From: Folioceros fuciformis
Lineage: Eukaryota
DNA length: 42,532 nt
Direction of reading: 5' to 3'
Assembly (NCBI GenBank): GCA_049999805.1
Contig: JBNGIO010001771.1
Location: 1 to 42,532 of the forward strand
The notes beneath the pieces were generated by a model, which saw only the letters and a list, made by a program, of their open reading frames with translations, was not told the origin of the DNA and made no database searches. The position numbers and the translations under genes are program-made. This document shows positions 13,091-22,100 of this stretch, one piece after another. Within the stretch, counting starts at the first letter, position 1; each line of letters starts with the position of its first letter.

Positions 13091-13584
13091 CTTCTCCGCT
13101 TTAGGAGACCTAATGCCTCAAGAGTATTAGATAACCAGCATTCCCCCGCTAGTCATCTCTCGCACCCCGCAGCTGCGCCAGACGAATGCCGGGACTCCCA
13201 GCTTCTGCATGACACCAAGCTAGCTCCCCACGGCTAGGCCTGGCTCCAAAATTCTTACTCCTTCCTGGCCACGCCATCGGCCCATAGTCTCTCCCAGTTG
13301 GCCAATTCCAGCTCCCCTGCCCTACCTCGGTGCAAACCAAACCCTCCTGCCGCACCAAGCAAATAGCAGAGCTCCGTCCTCGCAGAATTCCAGCGCCTGG
13401 GAGTCAGTCCCTCGGCTGCGTTCTTGCTTGCACCGTCCTGTTTCCTGCCGCGTTACACAGCACCTGCGCATTCCATGGTCGCTCCGTGCTTTCCCGCGCG
13501 AAGCATTGAGTTCGAACCCTAGGGCTGCCGTACCGAAGGTAGCTTTCAGGTTTCGAAATTGCCGATTTCTATAATATACATATT

Positions 13585-13654
13585 TAGCAGCAAGCCGTTG
13601 GCACGAGCCATGTACTTCTGGACGTCCATGTAGTGCCCTGCTTCCTTGGCATCA
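13585..13654 (-). pseudogene. Frameshifted remnant of the first part of a DYW deaminase domain, just past the PPR1 stop
   Basis: Across two frames the sequence reads DAKEA / LHGRPE / MARANGLL, resembling the DYW consensus EEKExxLxxHSEKLAIAxGLL. It follows the YVP motif of PPR1. Confidence 0.5.
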
Positions 13655-16108
13655 AGAGCCTCCCTGTGCTGATAATAAGTCGCCTTGTGGCACATACCAT
13701 TCTTGCTTCATCTTGGAGAGGAGCTCCTTCAGGCCTGCATGTATGGCTTCACTTTCAGGATGCTCCTTGTCCCCAACCAAGAAGGTGTGCACCAGTCCGT
13801 ACATGTCTGTCCACGAGCTCTGGCCGGGCTCCTTCCATGCTCCAATGCCGATCCTGGTGGCCTGCATTTCCTCTGCCTGCTCCCACATCTGGGCACTGGT
13901 GTATATGTTGGACATCAACACGTATGCTGCATCGTCCTTGTGGTCCAGGATGATGGCTTCGTTGTAGGCATGGAGGCCGACCTCGACGTTGCCCCACTTT
14001 CGACAGGCAGCCAGCAGAGTGTGCCAGACTCCAGCATTAGGCACCACAGGCATTGTCCTTACGAGAGCCAGTGACTCCTGGAGTCGGCCTGCACGACCTA
14101 GGAGGTCCACCATGCATGTGTAGTGCTCCACTGTGGGAGTAACGCCGCAGTGGATCATTGCATCGAAGTGTTCTTGTCCCTCTTGCACTAGACCTGTGTG
14201 ACTGCATACGGTTAGTACACTGAGGAAAGTGATACTGGCTGGCTGGACACCTTCCGCTATCATCTTGCAAAGCAAGGCGAAGACCTGTTTACTGTCGCCC
14301 TGCCGGGTGTATCCTGCCATCAAGGCAGTCCAGGTGACCACGTCTCGTTTGGGCAAAGCGTCGAACACCTCTTGTGCCTCCACCATGCTCCCTGACTTTG
14401 CATACATGTTGATCAAACTGTTGCCTATGGTGGCGTCAGCCTGAAGCCCCTGGTCTTGGATCTGGACATGAACCTGTCTTCCCACATGCAAAGCTGCGAC
14501 AGTTGCACATGCCTGCAGGAGGCAAACATATGTGACGGTGTCAGGTGCAGCCAGGCCCTCTTCCTGCATAGCCCGATAGAGTCCAAGGGCCTCCTCAGCC
14601 ATACCCTGCTGGGAATAGCCAGATATCATGGCATTCCATGTCACCACATTTTTCTTACCAAGTCCATCGAAGACGCCCCGAGCATCCTCGAGGCTGCCAC
14701 ACTTGGAATACATGTTTACCAAACTGTTAGCAACAAACACATCAGCTTCCAGTCCTTGATCTCGAATTCGTGCATGAAGCTCCCTCCCCTTCGCCAAAGC
14801 AAGGGTGATTGCACATGCCTGCAGGAGACACACGAACGTCACGGAGTCCAGTTCAAGAATGCCTTCTTCTTGCACAGCCTTGTAGAGATCCAGCGCTTCC
14901 TGCCCCATTCCCTGTTGGGAATATCCTGCGATGATGGCATTCCATGTCACGACATCCTTTTGTCCGAGTCCCTTGAACACTCGTAGAGCCTCTTCCAAGC
15001 TGCCACACTTTGCATACATGTTCACCAAACTGTTGGCCACAAACACATCATCCTGAAGTCCTAATCGTGTGACTTCCCCATGGAGCTGCTTCCCCTTCTC
15101 CAAAGCTGAGGTGCCCACACTTGCACAAGCCTGCAGAAGGCACACAAACGTTACCGAATCTGGTGCACTCATACCTTCCTCTTGCATAATACTGTAAAGA
15201 CGAAGGGCTTCCTGACCCATGCCCTGCTGGGAATATCCAGAAATCATGGCGTTCCATGTTGCCACATCTTTCCTAACCAGCCCATCAAACACGCTCCGAG
15301 CATCGTCCAAGCTGCCACACTTTGCGTACATGTCCACCATGCAACAAGAAACAAACAAATTAGGCTCGACGCCACTGGCCATCACATCGGAATGCACCTG
15401 CTGCCCAGATTTCAGGTCCGAGGCCCTTGCACAAGCCTGGAGGGCTGCCACAAACACATGGCCATCTGGCTTCACACTCGACCTGCACATCAGGTGATAC
15501 AGTTCTATGGCCTTCTGAGCCTGTCCGTGCTTAACATGCGCAGCAATGATCGCAGACCACGTGAAGGAATCGGGTTTGGCAAGCACAGCAAACACATCCA
15601 TCGCGTCTTGCAACCTGCCATGAGAAGCATACATCCGCATGATGTGGTTGCACAGGAACGTGTCGGACTCGTACCCCTCCTTCACAGCCAGAGCATGAAC
15701 TCGACGACCCAGAGCCAGATTCTTTTCAACGCTACACTTCTTCAGGACACTGCAAAACAAAGACTGAGAAACACGACATTCTATCTGTTGCACCAGAACT
15801 CCCAGACCCTCCACAACCTCACTGAGCTGCCCATGCTGACATGCTTGGCTAACCGATCCGGGTGTCACACGACGACCGATTTGCAAATCCAGAGAATCAG
15901 CAGTCGTGGTGTAGCACCTGCTATCCTTGCTGTCGCTCGTTCTCGGCCCAACAAAAGCTTTTGTCACAAGATGCCCTGTCCCCGTACGTGTGGATGAAGC
16001 GCAACGCGCAGCATTCTCTACCCTGATGGAGTCAAGCTCGATCCCAAAACCAGATCGGCTGGTTCTGGTTGCGCACATGACACACTCCACATCCATATGC
16101 GCATTCAT
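13652..16108 (-). CDS. PLS-class PPR protein (PPR1) with E1/E2 and a truncated DYW (E+) tail; putative organellar RNA-editing factor
   Basis: Intronless ORF with regular P-L-S triplets, P2-L2-S2 (CSHTGLVQEG, HYTCMVDLLGRAG), E motifs, then EPGQSSWTDMYGLVHTFLVGDKEHP...YVP. First in-frame ATG is at 16108; the true start is uncertain. Confidence 0.93.
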   Translation of the reverse strand: MNAHMDVECVMCATRTSRSGFGIELDSIRVENAARCASSTRTGTGHLVTKAFVGPRTSDSKDSRCYTTTADSLDLQIGRRVTPGSVSQACQHGQLSEVVEGLGVLVQQIECRVSQSLFCSVLKKCSVEKNLALGRRVHALAVKEGYESDTFLCNHIMRMYASHGRLQDAMDVFAVLAKPDSFTWSAIIAAHVKHGQAQKAIELYHLMCRSSVKPDGHVFVAALQACARASDLKSGQQVHSDVMASGVEPNLFVSCCMVDMYAKCGSLDDARSVFDGLVRKDVATWNAMISGYSQQGMGQEALRLYSIMQEEGMSAPDSVTFVCLLQACASVGTSALEKGKQLHGEVTRLGLQDDVFVANSLVNMYAKCGSLEEALRVFKGLGQKDVVTWNAIIAGYSQQGMGQEALDLYKAVQEEGILELDSVTFVCLLQACAITLALAKGRELHARIRDQGLEADVFVANSLVNMYSKCGSLEDARGVFDGLGKKNVVTWNAMISGYSQQGMAEEALGLYRAMQEEGLAAPDTVTYVCLLQACATVAALHVGRQVHVQIQDQGLQADATIGNSLINMYAKSGSMVEAQEVFDALPKRDVVTWTALMAGYTRQGDSKQVFALLCKMIAEGVQPASITFLSVLTVCSHTGLVQEGQEHFDAMIHCGVTPTVEHYTCMVDLLGRAGRLQESLALVRTMPVVPNAGVWHTLLAACRKWGNVEVGLHAYNEAIILDHKDDAAYVLMSNIYTSAQMWEQAEEMQATRIGIGAWKEPGQSSWTDMYGLVHTFLVGDKEHPESEAIHAGLKELLSKMKQEWYVPQGDLLSAQGGS

Positions 16109-16400
16109 GATCTCAAAGCTTGAGACCAAAATCCGGGGGCTTGCCCAATTCGATGTGGAGATTCAGGTTCGCACCCTTAATGGCCATGCTAATACAGTTC
16201 TGAGAAGCATGCAACATGCGACGTCTCCTCGACGACAAGATGGATTCCGAAACCAGCCCAGCTGATTCTGGCTGCGCACATGACATCGCTCACATCCATT
16301 TGAGCATTCGCACTCTCACAGTCTGTGACTAGTGGTAAGTCGAGTGCGGAATCCGGAGTAGAGATCCTGGCTTGGACCTGCAGTGGCGATGCCAATTCGG
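16000..16400. repeat. Two-unit diverged tandem duplication (period ~203 bp) filling the space between the two PPR genes
   Basis: gatcccaaaaccagatcggctggttctggttgcgcacatgacacactccacatccat (16040) aligns without gaps to gattccgaaaccagcccagctgattctggctgcgcacatgacatcgctcacatccat (16243). Similarity continues through gtggagattcagg...atggccatgctaat versus gtagagatcctgg...gtggcgatgccaat. Confidence 0.8.
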
Positions 16401-16405
16401 ATTCT

Positions 16406-18871
16406 ATGCTTATCTCAACTCTTCCAACGGGCATTCTGGAGCTGTCCGAGCTTGATTGCTTCCGTTCACGTCCCTCTTGTGCGTCTGCCCATCATGGATA
16501 CGTAGGGCGCTCCACACCAACAGCTTTCCCAGACCAGAGAAAGGAAGAATGGAGCAGCTATGAATCAAACCGAGGCCAGGCACGAGAGTGTCTGGCTGGG
16601 CGACAGGAGCTCTTGAGGGGACAGCATTTTGTGGGCGATACGCTTCAGTGGGATGCGAGGCGGGATGTAACGGCTGAATCCGTGAGCGAGCTATGCGATC
16701 AGGGCCAGCTGACAGAAGCTGTTGAGGCGCTGGGAGTATTGGTGCGGCAGCAACAGACAGACTGTCGGGTTTCTCATTCTGTTTTTTGCACTGTCCTGAA
16801 GAAATGTGGGGCAGAGAGGGACCTGGTTCTAGGCCGGCGTGCTCATGCCCTCTCCGTCAAAGTTGGGTATGGTGCGGACACTTTCTTGTGCAATCACATC
16901 ATGCGGATGTACAATTCTCATTCCAGGTTGCAAGAAGCGATGGATGTTTTCAGTTCGGTTGCCAGCCCAGATGCTTTCATGTGGTCTTCCATACTATCTG
17001 CACATGTTGGCCATGACGACGCCAAGCAAGCCATACAACTGTACCATAGGATGCGGAGGGCAAGCGTGAAGCCAGATGGGCATGTGTTTGTGGCAGCTCT
17101 TCAGGCTTGTGCAAGGGAAGCCGACTTGAGAACTGGCCAGCAGATCCATGCTGATCTGCTGGCCAGTGGGCTTGAGCCTCATCTGATTGTCTGTAACTGT
17201 TTGGTGGACATGTATGCAAAGTGCGGCAACTTGGAAGAAGCTCAACGAGTATTCGACGGTCTTGGTGAGAAAGATGTGGTGACCTGGACAGCTCTCATCG
17301 CAGGATATTCCCTACAGGGCATGGGTGAGCAAGCTCTTCATCTGTACAGTGTCATGCAAGACGAAGGCACCGTCATACCCGATTCAATGACTTTCGTGTC
17401 TCTCTTGCAGGCCTGTGCAAGTCTGGGTGCCCCGGGTTTGGAGGCGGGGAAGCAGCTTCATGGACAGATTGGAGAGCGAGGGCTTCAGGCCGATGTGGTT
17501 CTAGGCGGTGGCCTTGTAGACATGTATGCTAAGTGTGGCAGCATAGACGACGCCCGGAGAGTGTTTGATGGACTTGGCCAAAAAAATGTGGTCACCTGGA
17601 CTGCTCTGATAGCAGGACTCGTCAGGTGTGGGAAGTTGGAAGATGCGCGGAGCATCTTTGATGGGCTTCCTGACAAGGATGTGGTGATGTGGAATGCCAT
17701 GATTGCAGGATATTCGCAGCAGGGCAGGGGCGAGGAAGCCCTCCACCTGCACAAGGCCATGCAAGACGAATACAATGTTGCACCCAACTCTGCGACATTT
17801 GTCTGCGTCCTGCAGGCATGTGCAAGTGTGGGCACTCCGGCTTTGGAGACGGGACAGCAGCTTCATGTAGAAATCACAGAGCGAGGGCTCCAGGCTGATG
17901 GGTTCGTCGGCAGCAGTTTGGTTAACATGTATGCGAAATGTGGCAGTCTAGGCGATGCCCAGGTTGTGTTCGACAGCCTTGGCCAAAAGAATGTCGTGAC
18001 ATGGAGTGCCATGATAGCAGGATACTCCCAGCATGGCCTGGGGCAGGAGGCTCTAGGTCTCTACAAGGCCATGCAAGAAGAAGGCACCATTGCACCCGAC
18101 GCTGTGACATTCGTGTGCCTCCTGCAGGCATGTGCAGATGTGGCAGCTTTGCCGCTGGGAAGGCATCTCCATGCACACATTGCAGAGCAAGGGCTGGAAG
18201 GTGATGCCATGTTAGCCGTCAGTTTGATAAACATGTACGCAAAGTCAGGGAGCATGGTTGAAGCACACCTGGCCTTCGAGGCACTGCCCGAAAGAACCAC
18301 AGCAGCCTGGAATGCACTGATAGCAGGCTACACCTGTCAAGGAGACAGTGAAGTGGTGATACCCTTGTTCCACAGAATGAAAGAGGAGGGTGCTGAGCCT
18401 GACAGCATCACATTCCTCGGTCTCCTATCTGGATGCAGCCATGCAGGCCTGGTAGACAAGGGGCTTGGGCTGTTCGAGGCTATGGGTAGACACCATGGCA
18501 TCTCTCCCACGACTGAGCACTACACATGCATGGTGGACCTCCTGGGACGTGCAGGCCGACTGGATGAGTCACTAGCTTTGGTAAGCACAATGCCTGTACT
18601 GCCCACAGCAGCAGTCTGGCACACTCTCTTGGGTGCTTGTCGCAAGTGGAGCAACGTCCAGGTGGGACATCATGCTTTCGAAGAAGCTGTCAAACAAGAC
18701 CCACAAGATGCTGCAGCCTATGTGTTAATGGCCAACATATACTCAGATGCCCACATGTGGCAGCAGGCACAAGAGATGCACATAGGTAGAAAAGAACTCA
18801 GGGCATGGAAGGAGCCAGGCCAGAGCTGGTGGACAGACATGGAAGGTCTGGTACACAGTTTTCTGGTCTAA
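16406..18871 (+). CDS. PLS-class PPR protein (PPR2), paralog of PPR1, ending just after a WW-type PG box
   Basis: Intronless P-L-S array with one extra SS-type motif, P2-L2-S2, E1/E2 and C-terminus KEPGQSWWTDMEGLVHSFLV*. First in-frame ATG is at 16406; the frame is open upstream to at least 16325. Confidence 0.93.
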   Translation: MLISTLPTGILELSELDCFRSRPSCASAHHGYVGRSTPTAFPDQRKEEWSSYESNRGQARECLAGRQELLRGQHFVGDTLQWDARRDVTAESVSELCDQGQLTEAVEALGVLVRQQQTDCRVSHSVFCTVLKKCGAERDLVLGRRAHALSVKVGYGADTFLCNHIMRMYNSHSRLQEAMDVFSSVASPDAFMWSSILSAHVGHDDAKQAIQLYHRMRRASVKPDGHVFVAALQACAREADLRTGQQIHADLLASGLEPHLIVCNCLVDMYAKCGNLEEAQRVFDGLGEKDVVTWTALIAGYSLQGMGEQALHLYSVMQDEGTVIPDSMTFVSLLQACASLGAPGLEAGKQLHGQIGERGLQADVVLGGGLVDMYAKCGSIDDARRVFDGLGQKNVVTWTALIAGLVRCGKLEDARSIFDGLPDKDVVMWNAMIAGYSQQGRGEEALHLHKAMQDEYNVAPNSATFVCVLQACASVGTPALETGQQLHVEITERGLQADGFVGSSLVNMYAKCGSLGDAQVVFDSLGQKNVVTWSAMIAGYSQHGLGQEALGLYKAMQEEGTIAPDAVTFVCLLQACADVAALPLGRHLHAHIAEQGLEGDAMLAVSLINMYAKSGSMVEAHLAFEALPERTTAAWNALIAGYTCQGDSEVVIPLFHRMKEEGAEPDSITFLGLLSGCSHAGLVDKGLGLFEAMGRHHGISPTTEHYTCMVDLLGRAGRLDESLALVSTMPVLPTAAVWHTLLGACRKWSNVQVGHHAFEEAVKQDPQDAAAYVLMANIYSDAHMWQQAQEMHIGRKELRAWKEPGQSWWTDMEGLVHSFLV

Positions 18872-19176
18872 CCTGAACCCCAGAACGAGACTTGTTTTCC
18901 CAGAGCTTCTTTCATTCATTTACCACAACTGGTGTGTGCAAGTAGCTCTAGGCACACGGCTGAGAGGAAGTCAGTTGCTTAGCTGCCAAAGCCACGAGGG
19001 TAGACTATGCTGTATGCTTCTTATCTTCAAATCGTATTATTACTTGAAAATCAATTAATTTGATTAAAATATGAAAGAGAGTAGATACAAGTTCCAATTC
19101 AAGACTTCGTGCGAACAGAATATGGGACAACGTGACTGGCATGTATGAAGTGGTCACGTGCCGAAGACTTGGGTTC

Positions 19177-22100
19177 TCATGGATAGGCCAGGCAGAGTCT
19201 GGTCTTGGGCATGTCGAGTATCATTGAGTTGAGCATATCAGCGAGTATGGCATCTGCAATTTCTGTGACCAGAACAACATTGGCCTCCAGCCACGATGTG
19301 TGCCATTCTTTACCGGTTGTGATCACTTGCTTCTGTAGAAAACCCTGGGATTGATCGGGGCATGCTCCTGTACTGTTGACCAGTTCCACATCTTCTATGA
19401 TGGCGGCCAAGGCTGTTTGCAAGGGATGCCCTGCTAGTGAGTCCCCTGGCTCCCAGCCAGAATCATGAATGTTCTTGCACATAGGGCTCACAAGAGACGC
19501 CTGTATCTGGCAGCTTTCATTCACAGCGTCAAACAACACCCTGTTGTACATGTTCTGAGGGGACTCTGCTGAGTTCTTGCCAGTGACAGATTTTTGGTAG
19601 CTCTGTATGTCGTTGAACACCTTCCTGTCCAGCTCCAGTTGCTTCCCAGATGAGTTTCCGGCGACAGTACCGGTCCCTTGGTGACTGGAGAATCTGATGA
19701 GGGTTTCAACGTACTCAGTTGCATAGGATGGGGTTAAGCTCCACGGTGGGCAGTTCTCACGCTCAGCTGGCGCTGCTGAGTGTGGAGGAACTTTAAGTCC
19801 TTTCGGACTGTTTGCTGTTTGTTTAGGAAGCTGGAGGACTGTACGTATGTTTGGATGATCTTTGTCAGAATGTAGTGGGGGTCTTAAGCTGGTCCTCACC
19901 TTCCGCTTGATTGAATTTGCCGAGTTGTAGAAAGGATCATGCCACTGCCCGGCTGAGACTCCCATGGTCGAGTGAACCTTTCTGTCAACAGTTTCTGCAA
20001 AAGGACCCGCCCGCTCTTAGAAAGGAAGACTTACTGAGGTTATTGCAAACACCAAAACTTTTTGATGAAAACTAAAGAAGTAGAACCTGCTGTTCTGGCA
20101 CATCAAAGATTTGGTTGAAGACGTACAGTGCTTTTACCAGATAACTCCGCCTGCAACATGTTGTCAAGGAGTGTACTTGTCAAGACGTCTGCTAGGAGGC
20201 TATACTTCGCACTTCTTTCTGTTTCACTTAATGGCCTCTTTCTGGCTACGTCTGACGGTTGTAGAACATCTGTGTTTCTGGGGTCTACATCTGTGTTACT
20301 GATTCTACAGTCTTCATCTCGGCTCCCCCGGAATCTCGAGGCTGCTTCATGATCGTCTTCCTTCATGTTTTGGCTAACCTTCTCTGGAAATCTGACTTCA
20401 AGGTAAGTTGAAGAAGGTTGTGCACGGGCATGTTCCTCTGGTCGGACCAGCCTTTCACTCAGTACATTTTCATGGGCTTCTTGCTGATGTCGACCTTCAC
20501 AAGCTCCAGTCGTGGTACCCACGGGTGTTGTGTCGCACTTCGGACTGCCTGTAGGAAGAACTTCTTCACTAGAAGAAGCGGGAAGTACCATTTCAGGCCA
20601 ATAAGCTTGCCCATTGCCTGCCCCATTAGTCTTCCTTATCGTGGAAGTTTGGGACGCTTCCGTTTCCCCAGAAGTTGTTTTAGAAGTCTGCACAGAATCT
20701 GCCTCCTCCTCTATACTTGGGTTCAAATAGCGAGCTGACCGAAACGTCCCACGATCCTTCTCATGGGACATGGTGGTATCAAAGCCTTGAATCTGTCCAC
20801 AGCGGTCGGTCCATGTCTCATGGCTTTCCACCGAGTTCCTCTCGCTGTGGCCACTAGCAGTGAATCTGCTCTCCGAATTCTCTTCATCTTCGCACACAAT
20901 GTCCTCCGGGATGTCTTCGTCTCGCATGCAATTCCAAGTGGATTGGATAATAGCGTCTGGAGCCATGTGATAGACTGGGATTGATGACGGTTCTTCGTCA
21001 GGTTTGTTTGTTGCGTGAACCTGAGTTGAAATGGTTGATTCAGCTCTTTGATTTTGGATGGTTGCTGCCTCATGGGTGGTCTGACCTCCTTCATGGGTAA
21101 GTGCAGCATCCTGATTGTCATCTGATGCAGTCGATTTCCCACATAAGCCTGATGAACTGAAGCTATCCTCTAGGTGCGTTGGGTTGCTTTCTAAGGCTGG
21201 CCTTTCGTCAGTGTCTGAGTCTACACTGGAAGACATCTGAGACTTGTCACCAAGAGAGTCATTAAGGGAGGGCAAAGCATCCAATAGCTGCTGCCTTTTG
21301 TCTAGAGACATTGGAGGTTTGGTATCATTAGGCTGCATACTTTTTCCCACACCTTGTAAAAGAGCGTGGAATGTTTCCTTCAATGCTGCATTTCTCTGTT
21401 GGTGATCTTCCAACGCCTTCTTCTCCGGAACCACAACTCCTTCATCCGGCCCATGGGAATGATCATTTGGTATACGACAGGGACTACTAACAGAACTACT
21501 GCTTTCGTTGTCATCTTCCTGTCTGTTGCTCTTGGTCTGCGTCATATCCTCTGGTCTGCTGGATATGGCACTGAAACATGATTCGACTTTCATGTCTTCT
21601 TCTTGAACTGAATGGTTAAAAGAACAGCTGTCTTCCTCAGCAGTTGAAGCTGTTTGATTACAAGAAATGTGCTCCGAGATAATGCTCAAGCATATCCCAG
21701 TCTGCAGTGCATCACCAGGCTGCCCAGCTTTTTTGACTTGCCCAGCAGTTTCCACCACTGCGTGAGTCCGGCTGACCGCAGCCATTTCCTTGCAACTCAG
21801 ATTCACAGCTGGTTTCTTGTCTGTACCGAAAGGTCTGATCTCTTCTCCAGAAGATGGAGATTGCAGATTGTTGCACGCATAATTTCTGGTGCATTCTGTA
21901 CTGTTGTCCGGGCTCTGCAGATCAACGGTTTCTGTGCGAAAAGCCTTGAGGTGGGTTATCTGAGCGGGCATCTGATTCTCGACGTCCTTATCTCGGGTGC
22001 CATCGGCAAGGTGACATGCAGCCACCTTTGAGGGAATCTGGTAGTTTGCATTGATCAGTTTATAGGGCCTGTTGATGGGCACAGATCGGTTTGCTATGAA

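Noticed and set aside
14300..15400. Regularly spaced nucleotide repeats resembling a CRISPR-like or satellite array
   Set aside because: The period matches P-L-S triplets of the PPR ORF.
13633..18300. Numerous antisense and alternate-frame ORFs over the PPR genes (e.g. 15182-15997)
   Set aside because: They are shadows of repetitive, codon-biased PPR coding sequence.
13652..18871. Possible U-to-C (DYW:KP) editing factors
   Set aside because: The box after E2 is PGQS(S/W)WTD rather than the KPAxA type, and no intact deaminase is present.
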